Origin: Eledone cirrhosa
Taxonomy: Eukaryota
Assembly (NCBI GenBank): GCA_964016885.1
Contig: OZ024743.1
Span: 349,556,001 to 349,620,000, forward strand
Reading direction: 5' to 3'
DNA length: 64,000 nucleotides
The notes under the pieces were generated by a model, which worked only from the letters and a program-made list of their open reading frames with translations, did not search any database and was not told the origin of the DNA. A program made the position numbers and the translations under genes. Below are positions 27,099 to 44,205 of this stretch, piece by piece; position 1 is the stretch's first letter; the number at the start of each line of letters is the position of its first letter.

Positions 27099-28202
27099 CA
27101 TACATTTGTGTGTGTGTGTGTGTCGGTATGCGTGCCGTACACGTGTGTGTATTTGTTTGTTAAACAATCTCTTGTACGGCAAGTTAATCGCTTTGCCTGT
27201 CTGATCAGATGTTTGTATGTCACTTTCCATATGTGAATGATATTTTTTTTATTTATTGCCTCTTCATTTATTTGAGCCTGAGTGCATATAAACACACATG
27301 CATCGACACAGAATCACACTCTTGCAGCCACACGTTGAGAAACCTACACACAAACACACAACCACCCACCCACCCAGGCAAAGAAATCATACGTTTATCA
27401 AATTTTACTGTTTATCTTTCAAACATATATTGAGGAAATGCCTATGCTTTAGTTTAATAAGTATATTAATGATCGTTCCTTATTATTAATCGTTATTAGT
27501 ACATTATATTTCATTTTGAACGATAACGCTTATAAGAATATTAACATTTCTGATCTGAAATCATTGGAGTGTTTTGATGTGTCTTTCTTCTTGATCTCCG
27601 TATTTTGGCTCTTCCTCATGAAATTGCCATCGCCGAATTTAATATATTTAACTGTTAACTCGTAGTTCTTTTAAGCTACTTAGAACTATTTGTAATTTAT
27701 TATCAGGATGCTGTATATATGTGATACGTGTTGGTTTATATTTTGCTCTTAATATAGCTTTTATTAGTAACTTATTCTTTGTTTGTGGGATTCCATTTAA
27801 GAAGGTTGTTTCAGCAAATAATGTTGTTTATTTTATTATGTAGTTTAGTTTCGTTTTCAGTATTGTAGTGTATTGTAAACTCTCTTTTATGTGAATGCCT
27901 AATTGACCGGCGAGAAATTATCGTATTTGTGTGACCGATGTAAAATCTGGAGTCAGATATAAATCATTCGAGTGTACATTAAAACTCTCCAGAGTTGCCT
28001 AACCTTTTTAGGTTTTTAGGTTTCATTAAAGAAACAGTGATATTAGAATTTCAAATATACTGTAGAAAAGATGTTGAATGAAATTTCAGTATTTTCTTTA
28101 ACCAGGGCAACACCAGTCCTTCTGTTAGAGTACACACACACACACACACACACACATACACACATGTATATATATGTATGTATGTGTATATATATATGTA
28201 TG

Positions 28203-30863
<2,661 letters not shown>

Positions 30864-30870
30864 CGCTCTC

Positions 30871-32750
<1,880 letters not shown>

Positions 32751-32756
<6 letters not shown>

Positions 32757-33968
32757 ATACTTGGGGAGGGTCATGTTGCCAATAAGAAACACAAGCACTA
32801 GTTGCTTTCACTCCAATTTATTATAAATTAAATTATAAATTTTAAAATTTTTTAATTTCTGGTTGTTTGGTTGGCTCCACAACCGGACGCGTGTTCATAT
32901 ATTGTCAAAGTTCTTTCGTCACACATTCTGTGGCCTCTTCAGTGACTGGGGTTTTTTTTCTTTGTTTTGTGCCTCTCCTTTGTTCTGTCCTACTGCATCT
33001 TGTTTTTGCGTGTGTTGTGTGCTTAGTTTGCGCATGTGTAACATCCAGGTGTCTGTTTTTATTTGCTTATTTAGTTGTTTATTTACATGTTACTGGCTGG
33101 TTGTTTGTTCTATGTGTGTGTGTTTTCATTTTGTCGTTAATTGTAAGTTGTGATGTTCTTATTCCATTGATATTTTCTATTTAATTTTGGTTGGAGTTCA
33201 TTTATGTTTATTGCCTGTGTGATTTATCTAAACATTGCGTCTTTTCTGTGTGTAGATTTTATGTTTATTTCTATGTTCTCTAATTTGCCCTTATGTTCTA
33301 TTTTAGAATGTTGGTGGAGTACAGATGATTATTTTCTATCTTGAACACGATTAAATGAACACTGGTGAGAACTTCAAGATAGAAAAGAATCATCTGTATT
33401 CCACCAACATGTTAAAATAGAACATAAGGGCAAATTAAAGAACATAAAAATAAAAACTACACACAGAAAAGACGCAATGTTTAGACAAATCACAGAGGAA
33501 ATAAACATAAATGAACTCCAACCAAAATTAAATAGAAAACATCAATGGAATAGCAACATCACAACTTACAATTAACGACAAAATGAAATCACACGCACAT
33601 AGAACAAACAACCAACCAGTAACATGTAAACAAACAAATAAATAAACAAATAAATAAACAAATAAAAACACACACAGACACCCGGATGTAACACATGCGC
33701 AAACTAAGCACACAACATACACAAAAACAAGATGACGTAGGGCAGAACAAAGGAGAGGCACAAAACAACGAAAAGAATCCCCAGTCACTTAAGAGGTCAC
33801 AGAATGTGTGACGAAGGAACTTTGACAATATATGAACAACCGTCCTGTTGTGGAACCAACCAACCAACCAACCGGAAATTCATAAATTTTTAAATTAATA
33901 ATTTAATTTATACTAAATTGTGCGTGTGTTTCTTATTGGCAACATGATCCTCCCAAAGTATAACAATA
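32751..33968. mobile_element. Head-to-head palindrome of two 5'-truncated Neptune-like PLE 3' ends (~595-bp arms, 27-nt spacer)
   Basis: 32751-33345 is the reverse complement of 33373-33968. Both arms are homologous to 54700-55298. Confidence 0.92.
32904..32946 (-). ncRNA. Type I hammerhead motif in a PLE 3' end
   Basis: gtca-CTGAAGA-ggccacagaatgtgtgac-GAAAG-aa-CTT-tgac. The right-arm copy near 33784 has core mutations. Confidence 0.55.
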
Positions 33969-34184
33969 TCGGTTTCAACACACGTTTTCAGATAAAGAAG
34001 CTTGCTAAACAAATTCAGAAACGAAATATATGTATGTATAATGCATTTATTCGTTTATTGTTGTTTTTTAGGTCAACAATTCACGGTATGTTCCTTCTTA
34101 AACCCTCCACGTCGTGGTTCCCTAAATGGACAAAATATCAGCTTCTTTTATTATATATAGATATATGTATGTGTGTGTGTGTGT

Positions 34185-34326
<142 letters not shown>

Positions 34327-34689
34327 AAAATATTACATCGGCATTGCCCAAATTATATTGACGACACAATTATTTCACCTCAATTGGGCCCGCTCTCTTT
34401 AAACATTACACTAAAACATTAAAACAGAAACAGACCCCATCAAGTTCAAGACATCTTTGGAAAAATTCCTTTAAGAAACCTCCTACACCCGGGATATGTC
34501 TCCGTAAACAATAACTCTGTTCTTGAGTGGGCCATGCTGTCCAAATCCTGATTTGAAACACTTCGCCAGGTGGTGTTATTAAGTTAGACATAGCCTCGGC
34601 CAATACTGGCCGAAACCTATCTAACTTATCAAAGTTAAAATTAAGTTATATATATATATATATATGTGTGTATGTATCTATATATATCA

Positions 34690-35177
34690 CCAAGCAATCT
34701 TGGTGGTGTTGCCGGCTTAGTTGACGACGACACGACCATGGGCAGGTTGGTGAGGAGGGTGAATTTGGACACCCTGCGGGATGAAAACAAAACCAGTCAA
34801 AGGTCGGAGGTATTCGAGTGTGTCAATGGCCATCCAATAAAGCTTCTTTTTTTCTGTAGTGAGAGACTGCTAGTCTTCATTAAGACATCTCTTTATCAGA
34901 AGGTCACTCTGATATAAAACCTGCGACTTCGTTTGCATCCAATAATGTAGAGCAGTTCTTTTGGGGCAAACACATTCAATGTTCAGAGAGTGGGATTGAC
35001 CTCGTGCAAAGCCTTTCCTCACTTAGAAACGCGTCAAGCACAGGTATGCCTATATATCTGACATTTTTATGCGATGCATGGCATTTCTGGCCATAGGCTA
35101 GTCCATAGCAGGAGTAAAAAGCCACATCCGTGATGCTTAAACACCAAGCGATGGCATCACTCGAGTTACAGCCATCC
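34690..35177 (+). mobile_element. Diverged relative of non-autonomous retroposon family B
   Basis: GGTGAGGAGGGTGAATTTGGACACCCTGCGGGATGAAAACAAAACCAGTCAAAGG is similar to 38871-38927. Similar CAGCCATC 3' end. Confidence 0.55.
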
Positions 35178-35204
35178 TGTATATATATATATATATATAT
35201 ATAT

Positions 35205-36206
35205 AAATGTAAGTTCAAAGAATAGTTAGATAAAATATATACAGTATCTCCTCTCCCAATCAGTATAAATTAACCACATAAAAAATCATTTCAACGAGGC
35301 TATAAGTTTAAAATGTACTTATGAAGAAATAATAGACAAATGATTCAGATTGTTTCCCGCGATGTACAGCCAAATGACACTTACCTAATCATTTCTTCTA
35401 GCCTATATAAATTGACTAGACAAATAGTTAACTACACGAAATTAGGTACAAAATCGAAGTTTGAAGAAAAAATGCACACAAATTTTTACCAGAATTCTCA
35501 TAGTCTCTACCAAACGGTGGTTTCGTTCCACTTTTTGGATATACGCGGTCTTGGATAAATCCACGAGGCTCGGAACCCATCAGGAGATACCCCAGACAGG
35601 ACTAAGATTCTTCTACCATTATCCCCGCCAGAAATGAATTCAAAATGGCTAAGAACCATCACGTGGCCAGTGGTCAAGGCAGAAAGTTTATGATTGGTGC
35701 CTGTCGCCGAGTAGGCTGGTTGCTAGAAAGCGCAGCCGGATACTGCCTAAAGTTTTACTCAACCTTACGGAAGTATATATTAAATTCAAAGGGTATATAT
35801 ATATAATTAGACAAAGTCAAAGATACATATATGAGTTTGGCAACCATTCACGGTGCGGCTTCATGAAGAATTAATTAAATAATTATTAATCAGAGCTATA
35901 TATAAAAATGTAAATCCAAAGAATCGTTAGATAAAATATATACAATATTTCCTCTCCCAATCACTATAATTTAACCACATAAAAAATCATTTAAAGGGGC
36001 TATATGTTTAAAATGTACTTATGAAGAAATAATAGACGAATGATATAGCTTCTTTTCCGCGATGTACAGTTATATGACACTTACCTAATCATTTCTTCTA
36101 GCCTGTAGAAATCGACTAGACAAATAGTTAACTACACGGAATTAGGTACAAAATCGAAGTTTGAAGAAAAGATGCACATAAATGTTACCAGAATTCTCAT
36201 AGTCTC
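35205..36206 (-). mobile_element. Retrozyme-like non-coding element with ~300-bp terminal direct repeats, ~700-nt period and an internal hammerhead
   Basis: 35205-35507 is repeated at 35906-36206. Both ends abut (TA)n. HHR at 35504-35587. Confidence 0.75.
35504..35587 (-). ncRNA. Type I hammerhead with extended stem II (core variant CUGAUGG)
   Basis: tctc-CTGATGG-gttcc...ggaac-GAAAC-ca-ccgtt-tg-GTA-gaga: stem I TCTC/GAGA, stem II GTTCC/GGAAC, stem III ACCA/TGGT, GUA triplet. Confidence 0.75.
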
Positions 36207-36413
36207 ATATATATATGTATATGTGTGTGTATATATACACATACATATATATGTGTTTGTGTGTGTGTATATACATAAACATATACACATATATGCATAA
36301 TATATATATATATATATATATATATACGTAGGTCCCGGGTTGAGTCGGGGATAACCACAGTAAGTCAGGTACTCAATACATGGCAGAGTAAATTTTTTTT
36401 ATTTTATAGAAGG

Positions 36414-36464
36414 AGCTTCTACAGGACTAGTACTGTTTCATTCAGATGAAATCTTCAGGAAGCT
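36414..36464 (-). ncRNA. Type I hammerhead ribozyme within a non-coding PLE-type fragment (~36328-36900)
   Basis: agcttc-CTGAAGA-tttc-atct-gaat-GAAAC-ag-tactagtc-ct-GTA-gaagct: 6-bp stem I, 4-bp stem III with a near-palindromic loop. Confidence 0.8.
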
Positions 36465-36982
36465 GGGTGTCATATTAAGTTCTGGTATTTATACATTTAG
36501 GTAGTGGTAAGGGAAGGGGGGTGGAAGGGGGGGGGGTATTTAGGTACACAGGACCACTTCATGGCACAGGCCGTTTTTTCTTTGGGGAGTGGTCAATTAG
36601 CCAGAGTGCCTTTTTGAAATGAATAAATAAGTAAATAAATAAATAAATGAATAAATAGATAAAAGAATAAATAAATAAAAAAAAATAAAAAAATAAAAAA
36701 ATAAATAAAAAAATAAATAAAAACCCCAAGAATAGTAATTCAACACATATATAGTAGGGAAATTTAGGTGGGTTGATAATAGAAATTAAACATTTAACAA
36801 GACCGAATCATGGCACAGCCTGGGGTGAGTGGTCAAGTTAACATACAAGCCACAGGTGGCCTGAGTGTTTTTGTAGGATGGAAAGAATAAAATATATTTA
36901 CATACTCACAACCACATACAATAACACATACACACACATATATATACACACACATATTTAAACACTTACACACACATATATA

Positions 36983-37021
<39 letters not shown>

Positions 37022-37079
37022 GTCTGTGTGTGTGTGTGCACACCTACACATTCACACACATATACATATATATACACAC

Positions 37080-37112
<33 letters not shown>

Positions 37113-37609
37113 TATGTGTGCGTATACACATACACACACACACACATACATATACACACACACACACATACATACATACACATATATACATATATACACA
37201 AGGAAAACCCAAACACAAATATACACACACACACGCATACACATACACACACATATATATCTACACATACACACGTGCGCATACACATACATATATATAT
37301 ATATATATATACATATATATATACATATATACATACATATATACATACATATACATATATACATACACACACATACACATATATATATATATAGGTATGT
37401 ATGTATACGTACATACATATATGTATACAGACGTACAGTAGTATGTATATATATACATACATGCACACATATATATATGCACGTATCGGTTTACCGAACA
37501 TTTATTATAATACTCGGTTTGATTGTTTGAAAACAAACAAACAGCCCGAATTACGCCGTACAGTGTTTAGGCAACCACGTCACCTTTTTATTTAACACTG
37601 ACACAGGAA

Positions 37610-37650
37610 CGATGTACTAGTTTCAAGCTTATTAGCTATCGTCAGCATCG
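37610..37650 (-). ncRNA. Minimal type I hammerhead ribozyme (left arm)
   Basis: cgatg-CTGACGA-tagct-aata-agctt-GAAAC-TA-GTA-catcg. Confidence 0.8.
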
Positions 37651-37717
37651 TATACCTTAATATGCATAAGGAAAGTATATACTTTCAGACGTTCAACCAT
37701 CTGGCAGGAAGGTATAC

Positions 37718-37756
37718 GATGCTGACGATAGCTAATAAGCTTGAAACTAGTACATC
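37718..37756 (+). ncRNA. Minimal type I hammerhead ribozyme (right arm)
   Basis: gatg-CTGACGA-tagct-aata-agctt-GAAAC-TA-GTA-catc. The palindromic ACTAGT stem III is typical of dimer-active HHRs. Confidence 0.8.
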
Positions 37757-38071
37757 TTTCCTGTGTCAGTGTTGAACAAAAAGGTGACGTGGTTGCCTAA
37801 ACACTGTACGGCCTAATTCGGGCTGTTTGTTTGTTTACAAACAAACAAACCGAGCATTATAATAAATGTTCGGTAAACCGATACGTTCATATATATATGT
37901 GTACATGTATGTATATATATACATACTACTGTACGTCTTAATACATATATGTATGTACGTATACATACACACTTATATTTAAGTAAGTGCCGTACTAAGA
38001 GTGAGAAATGAAATTTCGTTTCATTCTATTCCATTTATATATTTATATAAATATTACACATAACATACATC

Positions 38072-38186
<115 letters not shown>

Positions 38187-38773
38187 TATAACCATATATA
38201 CTTATACATAATATATATATAATATATACAAACGTATAAATATATATGAATATGTGCGTGTCTACGTATATAGATATGTATTATGTATGTATATATGTAT
38301 GTATGTCGGTAGGTAGTCAGGTAAGTGTGTAAGTAGGTAGGAAGGAATGTAGGTAGTTAGGTAAGGATGTATGTTTACTTCCAGTGTATATAATCCGAAT
38401 AACCAGCCTAAACACCTCATATACTCCCAATCAACAGTGATATGACTAGGTTTACATTTAATGCCAAATATCAACGGTTTTTAGCTGCACCCATTATAAC
38501 TGATTGTGAGAGGAAAGATGTATTACTTGGAAAATCCAGCAAGAACTTTCCAGATATTAAATAATGATGTATGCTCGAGAATCTGACCCTGGATAATGTT
38601 AGTGGCCTTGTGTTCAATATAAACTTCAGTACATATGTTTGTCCGTCGTTTTCATGTATCTACGAGAAAGTATATAATTGTGTATCTATGTATACATGCA
38701 TATATGTATGTATCTATGTATGTATATATGTTTGTTTGTATGTATGCATGTATTCATGTATGCATGTATGTCA

Positions 38774-39377
38774 GGTCACCTGTTGGTGCTACTGGTAACA
38801 TGTATCTCAGTACAACCTGTCTCATGGTCGGGTCGTTGGCGACTAAACTGGCAACCCTACCAAGGTTTCTTGGTGAGGAGGGTGACTTTGGACATCCTGC
38901 AGGACTAAAAACAAAACCTGTCAAAGGGCAGAGGAGCTCTTAAGAGTCAATGGCCATCCAAAATCACCGGGAGAGATGACCCCTTAGCCTTTGTCAAGGC
39001 AGAATTCTAGGAGAAGGAAAACTCTGATATAACACCTGCAATCCTGATGGTATCCAATGATGTTGACTTGTTCTTCTTTTTGGTAAATATCATCTTGGTT
39101 AAGAGAGTGGGACTGGCTTTGTGCAGTGCCTTTGCTCACTATAAAAGCTTCACGGCACAGGCATTGCTTTATATCTGGAGATCTCTCTGCACTTGTCGTC
39201 ACATGGTACCATGGGCCCAGCACTATGTGTCAATAATTGTCACAAGTGTAGTGTTTGTACCAGAGCTTTCAAGTCGCTGGCTGGACTAAAAAGTCACACT
39301 CGTTCAGCGTATCGGTAGGGGTTCTCCTACATGGATATAAAGTAGTGGCCGTACTCGAAAACGAGTTGGCAGCCACC
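38774..39377 (+). mobile_element. Non-autonomous retroposon (family B), longer copy within (TATG)n
   Basis: Its 3' 405 bp match 15837-16241. No real coding capacity. Confidence 0.7.
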
Positions 39378-39506
39378 ATTCATGTAGGTATGTATGTATG
39401 TATGGTTATGCATATGAATGAATGCATGCATTTATGAATGTTTGTAAATATGCATGTATATATATGTAAGTGTGTATGTGTGGATTATGTATTTATATAA
39501 TTATTA

Positions 39507-39842
39507 AGGAACGTGGCTTAATGTTTAGTATGTTCAGTTCAGTATCGTGTTTCGATTCTTTGTTGAACATTGTGGCCTTTAGCAAGGTAATTTATTTCGG
39601 ATCACTCAGATCGTACTAGAGTGAACCGGAGCAATATGACATAAATTGGAGTTTAGCCTGTAGTTCCAGTGGTAAGCCTTGTCACAGATCGTGTCACACT
39701 GATTCTTCGTTGGGGCTACATAAATAGTACACGAGACTATGGAATTCTCAGCCACTTGCACTTTCACGTTAAGGAGCAAGGTTTTCCGTTGATAGACTCA
39801 CCTGGAATGCTCATCGTTACAAACGACAGAGATCCAACACTC
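39507..39842 (+). mobile_element. Old tRNA-derived SINE (family C)
   Basis: CGTGGCTTAATG..TTCGATTC head. Body (AGCCTTGTCAC...CTCAGCCACTTGCAC) is a reverse-complement homolog of ~57690-58000. Confidence 0.55.
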
Positions 39843-39869
39843 ACACACATGTATGTATGTATGTATGTT

Positions 39870-40208
39870 AGAAATAGTCGGGCGGAATACCCGATCACGC
39901 GGTTAAACCACTGGGAGTGAAGGACCCCAAGCCTTTGTCAGGGCATTCTTCTAGGAGAAGGCAACTCGGGAAACTGGCATATCTTCGACATAAAACCTGC
40001 GGCTGAAAAGTTACCGATGATGTTGATCTTTTCTTCTTTTGGGGTTATAGCTACTGTCGCTCAGAGAGTGGGATTGGCTCAGTGCACAGTCTTTCCTCAC
40101 TTTAAAAAAAATCTTCACGCACAGGAATTGCACGATAGAATTAATTAATAATTATTAATAATGGTATATCGTGCAATGGCCATACTCGATAACCAGGGGG
40201 CAGCCATC
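39870..40208 (+). mobile_element. Diverged relative of family B
   Basis: AGCCTTTGTCAGGGCATTCTTCTAGGAGAAGG..AGAGAGTGGGATTGGC..GGCCATACTCGA..GGCAGCCATC parallels 38985-39377. Confidence 0.6.
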
Positions 40209-41757
40209 ATATATGTATGTATGATTGCATGTATGTATGTATGTATGTATGTATGTATGTATGTATGTATGTATATATGAATAAATTTATATATGTTTTT
40301 ATGCATTAATGCATTAATGCATGTCTGTAGATTATGTCCGCTTGCATACATGCATATATGTATGGATGATTGCGTTCTTGCATGTACGTATGTATATCTC
40401 TATTTGCATATATATGTGTATGCATGTATTTAATGGTCGTCGCCATTTGAAAGATCTTCAGTGTCACGTGACATTTATAATATCCCATAATTGTGAGACT
40501 CTGAATTTTATTTTTGCAATATTTCTCCGCTTGATTTCACTTCTCTCATGACAAGGGTGTGAATAAGACCTACAAGGTTTTGCATGAATCTTACTACTTA
40601 TAAATCATATACTCTACATACTTTATTTGAAATTAGCTATAGAATCAATATTCATTTTTTGATAAATGTCAATGTTTAGAGGATTGCCTGATCTGTAATA
40701 GATGAAATTTTCTTATGGATGTGTAACTGAGAATTTGCAAATTCTTGTTATATGGAATGTAGTTTGTTTGAATCAGTGTAGATGATATATAACGCAGACA
40801 AAGATATAAAGCTAACTATTTTAATTTTAAGTCCCGACATATACGACGAAACAGCAACAACAAAAAAATAGATATTACCTGGTAACTTACTTTTTCGTTA
40901 CCTTCATCTTGGGGTCCATGTTGCATTGTTTAGCCTTATATCTCTCTCTCCACATTCTTCTCATATATTTTCCTAGTTATATCATAAGGTAGGAAGATCA
41001 CAGGGGCAGAAATTATAATTGCGGAATACCTTGATCTTGGTGAAATAACGGAAGATGCCTTAGATCATTTAAAAGAACTGTAACCATCGGACCGACATAT
41101 GATATTAGAATGTCCGAATTTGTTGCACTTTCGACAAGCAGCAGTGGACTTTTCACAAGTTTACAATTTAGTGTGGTAGAGTTTTCAAAAAATAACACAT
41201 AAATTTTCATCGATAATATTAGCGGTTTCCAAAAGCACAACAGTTATATAATAGGATACATCTTTTGATTGCGCTTCTTCCAAAGATCTAAATAGCTGGA
41301 TGATACTATCCATTTTTGAGGTGTTATTCTTTAGCAGTCTAATATTGTTAATGTTTGAACAGTTGTCGAATACAAAGAAATCCATTAAAAATAATTATCT
41401 ATTTTCCTTTGCGTTTACAGTTTTAAAATTGCAATGATGATCTAATAAAGTTGAATTAAAAGGAAATCCATCAACATTTTTATCGAGATTTCGAAATCAT
41501 GTGAGCAGGATCTTTGAGATATATATTTCAACGTTCAGTATAAACTTTGTATCGATTTAAAACAATATCATGTGCTGATTATCGTAGATATAATATTAAC
41601 TACGGTCAGTCCGGTATATAGGAACGAATGTTCTAGTTTGTTCCGATTAAGGTTGGGATTGATAGCTAGTAGGAACTATTTTGGTAGTTCTCTTATAACA
41701 GACTTGAAAAGTCGGCAATACTCTGCACGCACATTTACACAGAGAAATATATATATA

Positions 41758-41930
41758 TAGGAACGAGTAGGACCCCGACGGCTGAGCTCAAGCCGTTTCG
41801 ACGGGTCCGTCGAAACGGCTTGAGCTCAGCCGTCGGGGTCCTACTTGTTCCTATTACCCACTCTACTACCCTAAGTATTGAGTACTTTGGTGCGTTATGG
41901 TCCACCTGGTTCCTTAACACATTTCCTTCG
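41758..41930 (+). mobile_element. ~47-bp-arm palindrome containing the 3' half of a hammerhead, followed by a PLE-type tail
   Basis: TAGGAACGAGTAGGACCCCGACGGCTGAGCTCAAGCCGTTTCGACGG-GT-CCGTCGAAACGGCTTGAGCTCAGCCGTCGGGGTCCTACTTGTTCCTA. The tail is homologous to 16269-16340. Confidence 0.85.
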
Positions 41931-42042
<112 letters not shown>

Positions 42043-42194
42043 TAACAGGTTATCGTTATGGCAGTCCACTTAGATGTAGTCCAGTTGGAGTAGTTCTTGT
42101 AGTGGGTAGTATTAACGTACGGCTTAGTTTAACTCAACAAGAAGTTTCCATAGTGATGCTGTGATTTCTATGTAGTTTATACTTGCAGTAATAA

Positions 42195-42490
42195 TAATTC
42201 AAGAAAGAAGATTGACATGGTTCGCTATACAATAAGGGCTTTATTCACATTGCTGACAATTGTTTCTTTGATCTGGCAGGTCTAGAGTTCGCTATACGCC
42301 TGATTATGCGCTAATCCATCTCCAATACTTTGTTTATAACCAATCGATTTCATCAGAGCGAGTGAAATCGACTGGTTATAATCAGGCGTATAGCGAACTC
42401 TAGACCTGCCAGATCAAAGAAACAATTGTCAGCAATGTGAATAAAGCCCTTATTGTATAGCGAACCATGTTAATCTTCTTTCTTGAATTA
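42195..42490. repeat. Palindrome (113-bp outer arms plus 19-bp inner arms) overlapping a candidate hammerhead
   Basis: 42195-42307 pairs with 42378-42490, and 42334-42352 pairs with 42363-42381. Minus strand 42251-42360 reads cgct-CTGATGA-...-GAAAC-aatt-GTC-agca with a long, poorly closed stem II. Confidence 0.9.
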
Positions 42491-42506
42491 CATGTATATA
42501 TATAAA

Positions 42507-42560
<54 letters not shown>

Positions 42561-42564
42561 TTTT

Positions 42565-42936
<372 letters not shown>

Positions 42937-43425
42937 AAAAAACTGTATTTAAATGTATAGAATAAAATACGGTATCGTAATGTCTAATTATTTTAGATAG
43001 CGAGATTTATTATAGTTAACAAAGCCGAACATTATTTGTTTAGTCTGCAGACCATAAATTACTACGTTTCTTGCATTTATTATTGAATGAAAAAGTAAAT
43101 TCCAGTTAAAGGTTAGTGAAAATAAAGATGCATTTTTCTCTTCTTGTCTAAGTTCAGAGACCTACTGAATTCTATCCAGGTTAAGAACGTCTGCACAAAT
43201 CATACATAACCCGTGACAGGCTGTTATTCGCCGCAGAGAATTGAATACAACAAAATGAAGTATACTAAAGTAAAAGAAAGAAGAAAGTCCGTATAAAACT
43301 TCCGTAAAGGAGATCAAAATATTTACATATAACTCTCAGTTAGTTACCATCATGTAATTTACATGAAGCAGCTTCTTCATTGAAATATGACCTGAGTCAT
43401 ATTATCTAAAACGTGATAACGTCGG

Positions 43426-43476
<51 letters not shown>

Positions 43477-43502
43477 TCTATGTATGCATATATATATACA
43501 TA

Positions 43503-43623
<121 letters not shown>

Positions 43624-43794
43624 ATATATACTTATATATATATATATATATATATATGAAGGATTCGGGACACCGACGGCTGAGCTCCTGCCGTTTCGAC
43701 AGGTAGATACACTATCCCAAATATGGAGTACTCTGGTGAGAAATGTTTTACCTCACTTCTACTGCATCCATTCTGATGTTTATATATATATATA

Positions 43795-44205
43795 CACCTA
43801 GGGCGGGTACAATTCCCGAGCTCCATGGACGTGTTCTCTTCAGTGATCTCTGTCCTTCGTCATTGCCGTCATGTCCTGCGTCTCCCAGAGACAGCAATAT
43901 ATGTCATCCCCGGTCTCCCTCTTCTAGTGTGTCCGTGTAGGATCTTCTACAGGACTACTGAGTGCTGTGTCAACTCTAAATATTGGTGAGCATGTCTATG
44001 GAACCTCAGTCTCCTCTGTGCTACTTTCGGGCTGACGTTTGGGAGGCTCCCGTACAGCTCTGAGTTCTTAATCCTCATTGTATGGTGATTAATGTTCAGA
44101 GCCATCCTCAGTCTTCTCGTGTAGCACCGATCTACCGAGTCATTCTTTTGGTCAATATCCAAGTCTCAGACCTGTACAGCAGCACAGACACTACTGTAGC
44201 GACAA
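43795..44205 (-). mobile_element. 5'-truncated RTE LINE, same family as 8711-9313
   Basis: ORF 43947-44162 DRCYTRRLRMALNINHHTMRIKNSELYGSLP..QRRLR. Confidence 0.88.

Larger units (their letters stand above)
37395..37970. repeat. Palindrome with ~260-bp arms and a 50-nt spacer, one hammerhead in each arm
   Basis: 37395-37658 is the reverse complement of 37709-37970 with few mismatches. Confidence 0.95.

Noticed and set aside
40885-41500. Possible host exon on the minus strand (ORFs 41013-41240 and 41185-41385, GTAAG donor-like site near 40890)
   Set aside because: Frames are interrupted and no recognisable domain was seen. It would need BLASTX or RNA-seq support.
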